A DNA stretch of 64,000 nucleotides from Epiperipatus broadwayi (taxonomy: Eukaryota > Animalia > Onychophora). The notes beneath the pieces were generated by a model. That model ran no database searches. It saw only the letters and a list, made by a program, of their open reading frames with translations, and was not told the origin of the DNA. The stretch is from NCBI GenBank assembly GCA_028023455.1, contig JAQFVV010000004.1, positions 682,001-746,000 on the forward strand, read 5' to 3'. Numbering within the stretch: the first letter of the stretch is position 1; each line of letters begins with the position of its first letter. Of the stretch, positions 11,703 through 25,110 are shown one piece after another. A program made the translations under genes and the position numbers.

Positions 11703-12970
11703 TTGGGAAATGGTCATATGGGGCAAAATGTTCCCAATCATTTTTAAAGCATTTATTTCTCGTACGAAAAAAGAAATCAACTCCCCCCCCCCCCCGCTTC
11801 TTTTTCAACTTAATTTTTTTTTTCCTACGATAAAAATTAACTTAATTATATTATAACTCTAAAATAATATATGTATACTAAAAAACGGTTTAAATTTAGA
11901 TTTTGTCCAGTGGAAAGGCAGTCTGTGTCCAAATAGAATTCTCAGCTTTTTTTTTTTTTAATTCTTCAACACAAAATTTTTGATTTTTTAAAAATACCTA
12001 CTTATTTTTATTGAAAACAAAGAGGATTTTTAGAGTTAACATTGTCCCTCTGCAAAGCACCTGAAACATAATATTAAAAAATTCAAGATAATTATAAAAA
12101 ATGTTTGGATGTTTGACTGATTGAAATAAGCAAAATATTCCAGTAATAACTTACTTTACAAAATAATATATATACAAGTATGAAGGCAGTAATAATAAAT
12201 AGAAAAATATTTAATAATAATATGAAAAGTATATAAAAAAATGGTTGAGTTTTGGATTTGGGGTAATTTTGATTATATTATTAATGATATGAATAGACAT
12301 GATATGTAGATATAATATTTGATTCAAAATTACTTAATATTATTTGTAAATCTGTGCTATCTCATATTTTTAATCTTTTACTACTTTTGCTTAATAAATA
12401 TCATTTGGCTGATAGATTGTTTAGTCTGGGTATCACACAGTGTAGAGAATAAATTTGTCTACTATATAGAATTGATGTAAATACATTATTTAATGTGAAT
12501 CCTTGAATTAACTTAAATACAACTATAAAATCAATCATATATATTAGTACAATTATTACTTGCAATTAAATCGATTACACGTGTATGAATACAATTATTA
12601 CTTGCAGTTATTATAATTTTTTTATAATTATTTATTATTTACAGCAATAAATTTTTTTTCCAAAGGCTTATAGAATAATGTTATAAATTGGTACTGTCTT
12701 TATAAGTACTTATACTTGCTTATGAGGTATATGTCTCCTACTCTTTTTCTTTCCTCGTCAACTCTACAATTCCATGAATACAAATAATTGAAGTTCGTAT
12801 ACAGATTTTATTGACAAGATAGAGTCAAGAGTCTTAAATTTGCTCTTGCAGTTCTATTTATTATTACAGTTGTTTGTATGGTTGGAGGATTATCAAAACA
12901 AGTTAACTTGTTTGTTTTGTTTTGTTTTTTTGTAATTTAAATCATCCAATAATTCTTCAAATTTAATTTT

Positions 12971-13249
12971 TCAAACTATAGCTAGTGCTTCATGGTCAAT
13001 CTGACTATAATTTTTATTTGTGCTTGACAATGTCCAAGAGGTGTAAGCTATTTTTCTGCTAATAATAAAGTGAATTAACATGGTTCCAAATTCAAAATTT
13101 GTCACACTTGTCGTCAAAATAACATCCAAACTGCTATCAGAATGCACAAGCAATTTGTCTGAAGTTAATGTAGGATTTATTTTATTAAAAGCATTTTCCT
13201 GTAATCCTGACAATTCCCATTTCTGGTTTTTCTTTAAGAAAAATTTCAA
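12971..13249 (-). pseudogene. Gypsy pol relic, RT connection/RNase H
   Basis: LKKNQKWE...AFNKI..LTSDKLLVH.D.SL...IAY.S.TLS...KNYSQIDHEALAIV is the classic RT_RNaseH motif. Confidence 0.8.
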
Positions 13250-14279
13250 AATAGTTAATCAACTCAGAAATAACCACAATTCTTTTACATTCATTAGTCT
13301 AGAAATGTTTTAAACAGCTCTTACTTTATTATGGACAGAATCCTTTTTTTTTATCTGATGTGTTCACAAAATTTTTTATCTTCTTATATTCCATATACAT
13401 TTATCTGTGTTTAATGTCATAACAAATCTCTGGAGTCTCATATCTTCTAGTCAATCTCTACTTGAATATACTTTTTGAATTTGCTATAATTTAGGACATC
13501 TTTGAAGTAGGGAATTACTCTCTCTATTTCATTGAGCAAAATATCTCTTCACCTGGGAACAATTTGGAGCAATATTAATCATAAATAAAAGATGGTTGTA
13601 TTTAAACAAACATATATGAGTTGTGATTGTGAAAAATTAACATAGCTTTTTGTCATATGCAGTGTGGAAATTTAACTTGGTGAAATATAAATATTTTATA
13701 AAAATGTGAGAATCTCTCTGGCATTTGATATATGATTAGCACTCTTTTGCAAATTTTTATTTATAGTCATTGTATAATCCCTACAAATATGTAAATTATT
13801 ACTTGATTTATTGATTACACTTATTTTAGTGACCAATTCTGAACTTTTACTAAGTGTTTATATGCCCTTCCTTATTAGTTTATTTAATGCTTCTTTGTTC
13901 CCAGACATGCTTTACATGTATTTAGCTTTGCACTTTTTAAAATCTATCTGAATATAGGTGATTTTAATCTCCAGTATTGTCTTAAATAGGGCCAGGGAAC
14001 AACTCTGGATCTCTTTTTTAATAATTTTTTTTTTTACTTTTACTCTTATTTCCATAGTTATATATTAATTTCTACCTATCATTGAATTTTATATCCTTGA
14101 TATGATGTAAATAGCCAGTTTATGAACTCTATCCTTCAGTTTTACTAGTGTTTATCATTTGATTTTAATTCATTTCCATTTAAATCTTTTGCTTTAAGAG
14201 TGGTTTTCTAATGGGTGGAGATTCTTCAATCTTAGCTTTAAAAATTCTTCCAATTCCTAATTAATATAAGAAAGAAGTC

Positions 14280-15000
14280 TGAACCATTGTTAATTTCCAT
14301 GCCGAGACATTTACCTCTGTTAACTACTGGTAGCATTAGAGGTTCTGATTTATGCAATTTAATTTTTTTTATTTTTATATCACATTTTCCCTCTCACTCT
14401 TAGGTTTCCAACATACTAAAATGATATGCATTTTGATGCTATAATTTGTGCACATTTTAAAATTTTGTTTACATTTGCAAATTCTATGGTCTGAGTTTTC
14501 CATGTCAATAGAAATTTACTTTAACCTTGTTCATTTTGTTGCTATTTTCTTAGTTTGCTCTGAAGTTTGTTGGCTGGCTAAAGACTGACCTTTCGTAGTG
14601 CTGAAGTTAGCATACTCTCTGGACTCATTATACCACTCGTGGGCAATATTTTTTAATAGGCTCTTTATGTTCATTGTTTTGAGAAGCTGCTCTCCTGAAC
14701 ATTATTTCCATCATTCATTAAAGTAATTGCTCTAAAAGAGCTTCTTCCAGAAATTGACTGTAGGTCCTTTCCCGGTTTTTGAGATCATTATTAAATTCTC
14801 TAAACTTCTTTCTGTTTGCCTGGCATCAGTTTTCAAAATGGAGTCTAACCAAATGTATGAATGAGATGGAGGTTGGTAAAGTATTAAGCTTTTTTTTTTT
14901 TCTGTTTCATTCTAGAGAAAAGTTTCTGATTCCACAGATTCATATAAACAATTTGGGATCTTAATAACTTTTTGTTCAGTGAACACCAAAAATATTGCCA
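14280..15000 (-). pseudogene. Gypsy gag-protease relic
   Basis: Manual translation gives LEEALLEQ, a Cys/His knuckle remnant and PLMLPVVNRGKCLGMEINNGSDF (degenerate D-T/S-G protease site), with many stops. Confidence 0.5.
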
Positions 15001-16268
15001 TTTTTATGCTGACTGTCTGAATTTTATTAATGAGGAGAAATTTGTTTGTGTTTTATACATGGTGCCCAATTAGTTGCATTATTCAAGTTAATTTGTTGAT
15101 GGGCAAATACATTATGTAGAACATTTAATTTTGAACTAAAATTTTAAGTGATAATGCTATATTTATATTTGGATTCAGATACTATTTGTTTATTTGAGTA
15201 CTTTTTTTTTTTTAAGGATGGTAACAGCTATTGCATTCAAACATTTAATAATATTTTCCACTTTATTCATTTATTGTGACCATGCCAGGTAAATTATTTA
15301 GTCTAGGTATATAAATTGGAATTACCATTGGTACTGGCTAGACAATATTTTTAATTGTCATGAAAAAAGAAATAATATCTGCTATATAAATTGATTTAAA
15401 TAAATTATTTAATGTGAACCTTTGAATTAACTTAAATACTAGTATAAAACCAACCATATATATGAGTATAATTATTATTGTTATTTACAATTATTTATTT
15501 TTTCTAGCATTAAAATTGTCTGGAGGCAAATATGGATCATTCAGATCATTGTAAATCCTTAGACCTGCTTTTGGACCTAAGAGACACATCCATCCTATTA
15601 TCCTATTTCTGTCAATACTACAGTTCCATAATTAATGGAAGTTCATCTATACATTTACTTCACAAGATGAGAGGCAGGAGTTTCTAAATTTGTTTTTATG
15701 TTTCTATTTATTATTGTTATCTGTACTGTTAAACACATGAGTGGATGATTATCAAACAAGTTAAAGTATTGTTTTTCTTTAACTTTAGTTAGAATTTTTC
15801 ATTACAGATGTTTATATTTAATAATATATGTTTAAATTGTTTAGTGCCATTTTTTTAAAAATCACTTCTTATACATCAGCTCAAACCTGCATTCCTTAAA
15901 TAAGGACTCAGAAAAGCTAACAAAAAAGTCACAAATATATGTTTCAATTCTGAATATTTTTGCCATATATTTTTTGAATTCCAAAATTTTACAAAACAAT
16001 TTAAAGTATTTTATTTCAATTAATTCTCTTGTAAAGAAATATCTATTCTGACTATGGCTCATTCAAGTGGTTCAATAATTCACAATCATATATCCAAATT
16101 TTCAAGGTCTTTATAAAATGAATATTCATAATTTTTAAAATCATCAGCAGTTTTTTTTTCCCAAGTGTATACAGTTGTTTTAAATTTTCAAAATAACGAA
16201 AATCTGATTGGTTTAGTGGGAATATAAAAAGTTCAATTTTCATGCTTGAATAAGATTAACATCTTTTT

Positions 16269-16362
16269 TTTTTTTCATGTGTCAAAGCATCGGCCGAGAA
16301 GCGAACCCGTGACATCTGCTTGTACGGCAGCTGTGCTGACCACTCGGCCACCAACGCTTGAC
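16269..16362 (-). mobile_element. tRNA-Gly-derived short SINE (TAC anticodon) with poly(A) tail
   Basis: 72-nt tRNA body at 16286-16357. Tail TTGACACATG(A)n. Perfect 16-bp TSD AGATTAACATCTTTTT at 16253-16268 and 16363-16378. Confidence 0.9.
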
Positions 16363-16439
16363 AGATTAACATCTTTTTCTTGTAATTTATTTTGAATAGT
16401 GTTAAATTGGGGAAATATATCCTCTAAATAAAATATATG

Positions 16440-17500
16440 CTTTTTTAACTCATTAGTAACGATTGCATTCTCGTAAGTTCATCAATTTGAAGATAAAATT
16501 CTACAACAGTATTGAAAATTTCTATCTCTGCACATTTACTCTTGGACAGCTAGTGCATATCTGTATGAAATAGAAAATTATTATATATTTCATCATTGCT
16601 ATCACACAATTGTGCAAAAACTATGATCATTTAAAGATTTTATAGTATTTACAGTATTTATGCACAAATGTAGAACTTTTGAAGTTTATTATTATTATTT
16701 TGAAACTAAATGTCTATGCAAAACACAAAGCACCTTTCAAACATTCTAAACTTTTTTCTTCAGATGAACTAGAAATTCTCAGTATTGGCCAATCATTGCA
16801 AGTATTCCATCACAAACCATTATAATTACATTGAAAGTGGGTATTTTATATTTGTCTATAAAAATTTCAAAATAATTAAAAATAATTTCATTTAGTCTCT
16901 ATTTCTTTTTTTTTTTTTTTGGATGATAATAGCAACCATGAGTCATGAATATGCTCATTCTTCGGAAAGTTGTCGCATCTAATTGGATGATGAATATATT
17001 TGTTCGTAAATCAAATAATAAAGATTTTTTAATATCCTCAGCTATTTTATCAATGCAATGTTTTACTGTAATATTACTAAGCAGAATGTTTTTTAATATT
17101 ACCTCTGGATCAGAATTTCTTACAGTACTTATTGTTCTCTTACTGCAGATTTTCTCAACTCCTTTTGCAATTAAAAATATGTTGTAAGATGGTTCTATCC
17201 CATCTTCAACATTTTTAAAAATGTTTATGTTGAAAAAAATGACTCATGTCCCATTTTGAACATAAAAGAAATTTTTCTTTTAAATTTTTAAAATATTCTA
17301 AATTTTTATTTTTTATTAGGATGAGTTATTTCAATGTGCTCTCTCATCTTTAATGACTTCTTAATATCATTAGAAAATGTTTTTTCACAGATGGGGAATA
17401 TTGCTATTACTTTGTTTTTGAAAGAGATATATTCATTAAATTTTTTAAAATTAAAAAAAAAAAAAATCAAAAATAATGAAGCAAGCACATCTGACATATA
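16440..17500 (-). pseudogene. hAT (Buster/Charlie-type) transposase relic
   Basis: ICEKTFSND...REHIEITHP (BED finger), SYNIFLIAK, ILLSNITVKHCIDKIAEDI, IIQLDATT and AQLCDSNDE...LFHTDMH*LSK match Buster-family motifs. Confidence 0.75.
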
Positions 17501-18084
17501 ATTATTATATATACTTAAGAACTTTTTACACAGTATAAAGTAAATATAAAACTAAGGTATGTTTAAATTTTGATCTTCTAAATCCAAACTATAAATTTGT
17601 TCACAAAATGAGAAATTGTTCATAATGGTCAAATAGTGTTCACCTGAACAGTAGATGGACCTAAAAGTATATTTCATTGTACAACTGGTTGCACAAAAAC
17701 ATTCAGTGAGACTTCTGAACAGTATGAAAGTTATAAAATAAATGAATTTAACTTAAGAAAAGTATATAAAAAATTAAATGTAATAATATAGATTTTATTT
17801 AATCAATCTCCAGTTGACCATTAATAGTTCATCGATTTCCAAAGCACCTCTAAAGGTTTATCATTTCCTTTCAAATTTTTATCGACCCATTGGAAATCCT
17901 GCTGGAAAAGCTATATTTTCTCTCTTAGAATTTTGTTACAAATAATATCTTTTTAAAATTAATATCAGTAAATATCCCATAAGAAGTAACAATATATATT
18001 ATGGATCCACATGAATTATCTACAAAGAAATAAAATTAAAACATACTTTTGTAGGATTATGATTTTTGCAATTAGAAACAGTAA

Positions 18085-18212
18085 TTCACTTTAATTACTC
18101 AATTCTAAAGCCATGTACTATAAGATTGAGTAATTAATGGATTCCAGTGATTACTTCATATTCCTGGACTTAGTTTCTGACTATTAACCATTTTTAATAA
18201 GAGCAGGATTTG
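18085..18212 (-). mobile_element. Family B relic with a 13-bp fold-back at its end
   Basis: Minus strand reads CAAATCC...AATAGTCA-GAAACTAAGTC-CAGG...GGAATCCATTAATTACTCAAT. TTAATTACTCAAT/ATTGAGTAATTAA form a hairpin at about 18096-18137. Confidence 0.45.
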
Positions 18213-19132
18213 CATTCACAAATCTGACAATCATCTTTTCTTTTTTATATTACTCAGACTATTAATGTGAGATTCAAATGCTATAATTTCGAGTCTATGC
18301 CAAAATGAAGATATGACTGTAATACTATTGTTTGTTGACTCAACTTTACAATAGATAATTTGAAGAATATAGTAATTGCAGATCTTGAAGGTAAACAAGA
18401 CATGATGCTCTGTTTGTTTTTTACCTTTTTTTGTGTGTATGATGTTCAAGTATTGAAAAACAAGTAAGTCTTGATAAATATTTTAAATCTTTTATGAGCT
18501 TATTCCAAACTTTGTGTAATTACATTTAAAGTATTATTTTTAATGTCAAAATCAGTTTTCATTTTAAAAAAAAACATAAAAATTTTGGCTAGAGGATCAT
18601 TTCAAATTTATTGTAATTTTGCCAAATATTTATGCTTTAAAATCTGTAAAGCGTATACATTCCTGAAAAAATATGATATATCATTTCATATTAATGTTTA
18701 AAAAAGTATGACTAGTTTCAAGGATTAATAATATATAGCTAAAAAAATGTTTCATTATTTATTTACTTAATAAATTAAAACATAAATTTTAAATCAGTTT
18801 ATGAGACCAAGTTTTGAAGATGCATCAATAGGAGACTATTCCACGAATATAATAATTTTTTTTAAAGATAGATTAATGTTAATAAATTATAATCATTTCT
18901 TAATTCATTATTTGTTATTACTAAATCAGTATTGAAATATTTAAATTTGAAATCTATAGTACCAAGAAATTTGAAATAATTGTTATAAATTTGTTTTTAC
19001 AGCAAAAATTTGAAACATCTGACTATAAACAAACCCATATTAATTCCGTTGAAATTTAAAAACAACTACATAGTTTTATAAATAATCATGAATGATAGTT
19101 GAAGCTAGAGTGCTAAGTCATCATCATCATCA

Positions 19133-19624
19133 TCAACCATTATCAATCCACTGCAGGATGAAGGTCTCTCCAAGTTTAATCCATCTTCTCCGATCTTTAG
19201 CTTCTCTTCTCCACATCACCCCTACACATTTTCTTATTTCATCCATCCATCTTACATGTGGTCTCCTTCTGGGTCTTTTACAATCTCTTGGAATCCAGTT
19301 TAAAATTTCAATTGTCCATCTATTATCATCTCTTCTAGCAATATGTCCAGCCCAACTCCACTTCAATCTTTTAATTTTTTCAATGAGGTCAGTAACACCT
19401 GTTTGTTCTCTTACCCATACATTGCGTTTTCGATCTCTTCTTGTTACTCCCAACATACATCTCTCCATACTTCTTTGAGTGGTCTGAAGTCTCTGTATTG
19501 ATCTTCTATTAAGTGTCCAAGTCTCAGATCCATAAGTAAGAACTGGTAAAACACATTTGTTAAAAACCTTTCTTTTCAAACACATAGGCATATTTCCTTT
19601 TAATACCAAAAGCACTCCAACCAA
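19133..19624 (-). pseudogene. RTE ORF C-terminal piece
   Basis: KRKVFNKCVLPVLTYGSETW...KWSWAGHIARRDDNRW...RWMDEI. Confidence 0.9.
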
Positions 19625-20234
19625 GTTTAATTCTATGATTAATTTCCTCTATTATGTTTCCATCTGTATTAATAATCTGACCAAGGTATTTGTAACTCTT
19701 AACTTCTTCTAATTCATCATAATCAATCTTTATTTTCATATTTTGAGCAAATCGATTAAACATTACTTTAGTCTTTTTAACATTTATCTTTAGTCCTACT
19801 TTCCTACTTTCATCTGATAACTCCTGCAACATTTCCTGCAGCTCGGAAGCATTATTTGCAAAAACAACTACATCATCTGCGAAATCTAAATGACTTAAAT
19901 AATCTCCATTTACTTTCACTCCTTTAGTTTCCCATTTTAATCCACAAAATACTTCTTGCAGCACTGCTGTAAAAAGTTTTGGAGATATGGAGTCACCTTG
20001 TCTTACACCTTTCTCAATGTTGACTTTCCCAGTATCATTATGTAATCTAATTGTTGCTGTTGCATTTTTAGAAATATTCTTTAAAATATGACAATATCCT
20101 GGATCTATACCTTGATGATCCAATGCTTTAATCACTGAAGAAATGTTTATAGAATCAAATGCCTTTTCATAATCTACAAATCCAAAACATAATGACAACT
20201 CATATTCATTTGTCCTTTCTATAACTTCTCTCAA
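19560..20234 (-). pseudogene. RTE reverse transcriptase, catalytic piece
   Basis: FVDYEKAFDS, KGVRQGDSISPKLF, HLDFADDVV, YKYLG. Confidence 0.9.
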
Positions 20235-20700
20235 TACTTGAGATATGATCTACTGTACTAAAACCACTTTTAAATCCAGCTTGTTCTCTTGGTTGGTGAA
20301 AATCCAAGGTTCTCTGTAGACGAGTTGTAATTATCTTGGTAAAAATTTTATATAAAACTGATAAAAGGCTGATAGGTCTGTAATTTCTAATATCTTCTTT
20401 ATCACCTTTTTTAAATATTAATATTATTACTGCATTCTTCCAATCATCCGGTACATCTTTATCATTTAGACATTTGGTATATAACTTTGCTAATATTTTT
20501 TCTGTTTCTTCACCTGCTTCTTTTAATATATCAATTATAATTCCATCACTACCTGGAGCCTTTCCTTTTTTCATACATTTAATTGCATTTCTCACTTCTT
20601 CATTTAAAATTCTGGGCAATTCGGAAGATGTAATAGATATAGGAGGTACTTGTTCTTTATTACTATATAATTCTTGATAAAAATCTTCTACCAATTTCAT
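20206..20700 (-). pseudogene. RTE reverse transcriptase, N-terminal piece
   Basis: KAPGSDGI...[28 protein letters not shown]...[15 protein letters not shown]. Confidence 0.9.
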
Positions 20701-21429
20701 AATGTCATCCCTCTTTTTAGTAATAATTCATCTAAGTAGTTTATTGGAAGTAGTGTATTAAATTGTTCAATTAAAAATGTTAACTTTGATTGTTTAGTAC
20801 GAGAAGGTTATGCATGTCAATATTCTTTTGAATCTTATCTGTAATTATTGCGTTAAGATAATCTCAAATTAATTTTTGCATTATTAAATAGTATAGCGGC
20901 ATAAAATTCTGGTGGAATTTTGTGGGGTGAAATTAATTTTCAGATTGTCAACTTTTATTATTGTAAGAGGAAGCCAATTAAATGTTATCAGATCTTCAAG
21001 ATTATTCTTTAATACTTAGGTATTTAAGTGTGATGATGAATTTCTTGCATATGTAATAATTGTGACAGTACAATCTAAAGATTATACTATGAATGAACTC
21101 TCGGATACTGTGTTCTATTTTTTAACAACAAAAAAAAAAATTGTATAAATTTTAAAAGATAGTGAATCTTTATGAAATATCCCTGGGAGTAAAATTATTT
21201 GATATTTGCATATAATTTTTAAGAAAATAATTGGCTATAGTTCTAACTAGAAATTATATTAAGTCTGTTAATTAAGTCAATGATTAATGCAAAATCTACT
21301 TGCAAAAAATTGTAGTTGATAAGATTAAATTCTCTATCATAGAGTGTTGTTTTATAAATTTTGAAAACAGCTAGATAATTATTTTTTTTTTAAGTAAAAA
21401 TTTTTATAAAATTTTATTTTTTACTTTAT

Positions 21430-22715
21430 TTTTTTAAATATGATTAAAAATGACTGGTTCTCTTATCATAAAATATATTAAATTTATGAATTTTGATGGG
21501 TTTTTTTTTTCATTTGTTTATTGAATTTTTTGCATAATTTTTTTTTAAACATGATGAAAAATGGCTGCTCTCATATCATAAAATATATTAAATTTATGAA
21601 TTTTGATGGATTTTTTTCATTTGTTTGTTGAAATTTTTTGCATAAAATTATTCTCACAAATATCTTTAGGTCAGTATTTTCAAATATAATCATTCTTAAT
21701 TTTGTCTAACAAAAAAAAAAAAGTCTTTAGAATAATGCCATTTTTGTACAAAAAGCTAGATTGGTGCTTAGATCTGGAAAATATAATGGATGGATACATA
21801 AATGTCCTTCATTAGTCATAGAGAAAAATATGGAAATACTATGAATAGGAACGTTTTAAGTTTGTATACATTAAATCAATTATTAACTTTGAATATTTGG
21901 ATTATTTTTTTCTTTATATATTATAATGCAGTGGAGCAGAAATATAAATTATATTTTTTTGTTCTAAATCCTCCTCACCTATATATGCATCATGTATAAT
22001 AGCACATGTTTTGTTGATAAACTTTGAGTCGAATAAAATACATATTGGTTATTGAGCTGTAAGTTTACAGTACTTCTCAAAATGAACATATATATTTTCT
22101 AATATTTATTTATAAATTTACGTATATTATTTTGAAGAAATACAGACATCGATTTGTAATATTATTATATATATATAATACAAATTTTTTTATATATATA
22201 GTGCATTTATAAATTGAGTATATTAAAAAAAAAAAAATAGTTTTAATAATAAATTGAGGGATACATTTACATATATTTTACTGAATATGTATTCATTCAT
22301 TCACTGAAATAATAAGAATAAGGTAAAAAAAAATTACTATATTGTATTTTTTTTTTAAAAAAAAAAAAAAAAATGAATAGCAAAATGTACGACTTTTTTA
22401 AAATAACCTTATTATAAAACTTTTAGCATTAAGCTTAAAAAATATTTTATTATATTGAATACTGCATATTAAATTCAAAAAGAATAATAAATGAAGAATA
22501 AAATGTATGTGTTTTCAACATAAACTGAAGAAACTTTATTAAAAACATGATTGTGTATGATGGTCTGAGATGGAAAAATAGCCTCTGATATATTATAAAA
22601 TTTATTTACACATTTTTTTTTTTAAAAACATGATGAAAAATGGCTGCTCTTATATTATAAAATATATTAAATTTATGAATTTTGATGGGTATTTTTGTTA
22701 TTGAAATTTTGTTTG
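21430..22715. repeat. About 108-bp repeat, tandem pair at about 21430-21646 and a third copy at about 22615-22715
   Basis: Shared core ATGATGAAAAATGGCTGCTCT.ATAT.ATAAAATATATTAAATTTATGAATTTTGATGG. Confidence 0.8.
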
Positions 22716-24299
22716 TTTATTTATATGTTTTATTGGATAGCATATAAATGGCATGTATATTGATACTGCATAGTTTGTGGCTTCATTGTATATGGTGGTC
22801 CACTTAGTAGCGGAAAGCAATTTTTTTTTAAATTCATTATTGAGGGTAATTGTTTTAGATGTGAAATATAATGCTTGGTATAATAATATAAGTGTCTTTA
22901 AATAAAAAAAGCAATTTTCTAATCTTAAACATTTTACAATCTTTGTTGTAAATTTAGGTAAAAACTTTATTCCATTTGCAAATTATTTATTAGTTCAGTG
23001 TGAAATTGTTGTAGTTTACAGATTTTTATGTGTTGAATTTTGACAAGTCTCTGTTTTACTTGTTTTGAAATATGCTACATTTAAAGGTTGCCTTTAAGTA
23101 TTCTTCAATAATCATCTTAGTTTATATCATGGGAAAGCAACTTTCATTAGCTTTTTGTATAGTGATCACATAGAATATGTTGTGATTTATACAATTTTTG
23201 AAAGAGTTGTAAATAGAATATTAGGAGAATTGAAGTCATTTGTAAGGTTGTTTATGCTTGATTTTGCAGCATATTTTCTTATAATTTGTTTCCAATGAAT
23301 ATATATTTTCAGATTTTAAAATTGAATGTATAGTAAAAAGATGTTGCCATTTTGCCCCTCTCTTTCAATCCACGCATAAAAATGAAGAACAAGTTAGGTA
23401 TATAAAAATCTAGACTAAAACCACATTTATAATAGTCAATATCATGATATATTAAGTACACTGAGGAGGCAGTGAAAATTTTTGACAAAAGTTTTTTTTT
23501 GTAATTTTATCTAAAAAAATGGCCATTTATAGTAGAATTAAATATTCTTTAATTTTATTTAATGAAAAAAAAAATTATATTTTAATTTGTTGTGTTTTTC
23601 TTTTTGTTAAAGTCTTTTGCATACTAATTTTTATGAATTTTTACTTTTAATTAAATCTAGAAATAAAAAGCATTTTTTAAAAAAAAAACTTTAATATGTA
23701 TATATATTAAAAAGTTGGGTTTTCTTAATAATGCTAAATATTTTTTAATTGGGTAATTGCTATTTTGTGGTTAATTATAAATTAGCTAATATATATTATA
23801 TATTGTAATTAATTATTACCTTCACTATTACATTAATCTTATTGCAAAGGGCATAATTTTTAATATAATTGAACATTGTGTTAAAATTTGATTACTAAAA
23901 ATTGAGATTGTAAAAAGGAGCAAGAGTATTGAATGGTTACTATATTCATCACTAATTTTATAATGGTAAGAAAGAACGTTATTTATTTTTTTTTACTTTA
24001 CTAAATCATACACAAAACTTATCAGAGATAAAGTAACTATGGAGAGAAATTTTATTTTAATTTTTGTCATTAAAAAATTAGATTTTAGCACCTTAAGAAT
24101 AATTTTATGCATTTGAAGAATAATTTGTTTATTACATCTTACTTTACAATTTTATAAACAAAAAAAAATGCATTTCTTGAATGCACAAAATTGTTCATAA
24201 ATTACTGGAGTCTAATTTTGTTTACCATTAAAATAATATTATAAATATTCAACATTGTATTTTTTACATAACAAAATTTTTTTTTATCAAATTTTAATA

Positions 24300-25110
24300 C
24301 AAGAATCAACCACGTTTACAGTTTTATCTAATTTTGTTGATGATGATTTAGTAGTGTTAAAGTGGTGAGTTCACAAATCACAGCTCCAACTCTTTTTCTA
24401 ATACTCAAATGTTTTATGAATTCTCAAGTAATAAACCATTCAACTATTTTTATAGTGCTGCATGATTTAAAATAGTACTTGAGATATAGAGTTTAGAGTT
24501 CAGGATCCATTTTTGGTGTTCATTATTATCACGAATTCCTAAGAAATAAACTATTTGATTAATTAATTAATTTAATTTTGATAAATTTCATGTATGTTGT
24601 TGATGTGTAAAAACTCATTGCTTTAGTAAAATAAAATATATTATTTGTACCATTTAAATTGTAAGTTTTGTATTTGGTTTTTTTCTTTCCCAGTTCAATT
24701 TTACATACTATAATTTATTGATAAAAAATAAAATTGAAATTTATTTTTTGAATCTTTAGAAAATTAATAATAGCTTAATCAAGTATTATAAAAAAAATTA
24801 CAAATGTTTCTACTTTATTATCATTATTTTTTTAACAAGAAAGAATATAGCAGGAAACATTAAATAAAATTTTGAGAATATCAAAATTTTTATTATTTTA
24901 ATATCAAAATAAATTAAGATTTTATTGCATCTTGAGAAAGTATAATACTAAAAAATAGTGATCAAAATTATTTTTCATTTTATTTGATGAAATATTATGT
25001 TGAAAATTGTGATCCAAAATGCTACTGAGGCACAGTATCCCAATATCTTCATATATGTTTGGCCACATATATCTTTGGGTCATGTGACCTGAGATATTAA
25101 TAATCCTCTG
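24300..25110 (-). pseudogene. Possible Gypsy integrase relic
   Basis: GHMTQRYMWPNIYEDI resembles the HHCC zinc-binding segment. Downstream DNNEH and LNGL resemble the core motifs. Heavily decayed. Confidence 0.3.

Larger units (their letters stand above)
12470..15790 (-). mobile_element. Decayed Ty3/Gypsy LTR retrotransposon with candidate LTRs at about 12470-12910 and 15385-15770
   Basis: Minus-strand gag, protease and RT-RNase H remnants lie between two diverged direct repeats sharing ATTATTTTAATGTGAA.C.TTGAATTAACTTAAATAC and GATTATCAAA.CAAGTTAA. Confidence 0.6.
19119..20731 (-). mobile_element. RTE-clade LINE, 5'-truncated, (GAT)n tail
   Basis: RT ORF in three frameshifted pieces, ending LQWIDNG* then (GAT)n. 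Candidate TSD CTAAGT at 19113-19118 and 20732-20737. Confidence 0.95.

Noticed and set aside
19092-19478. 128-aa plus-strand ORF (also 20474-20677, 13080-13313, 16945-17187)
   Set aside because: These are antisense shadows of RTE, Gypsy or hAT coding sequence. The poly-His run is the (GAT)n tail.
23455-23487. CTGAGGA-GGCAGT-GAAAATTTT minimal hammerhead candidate
   Set aside because: Stem I is not supported and no related copy occurs in the window.
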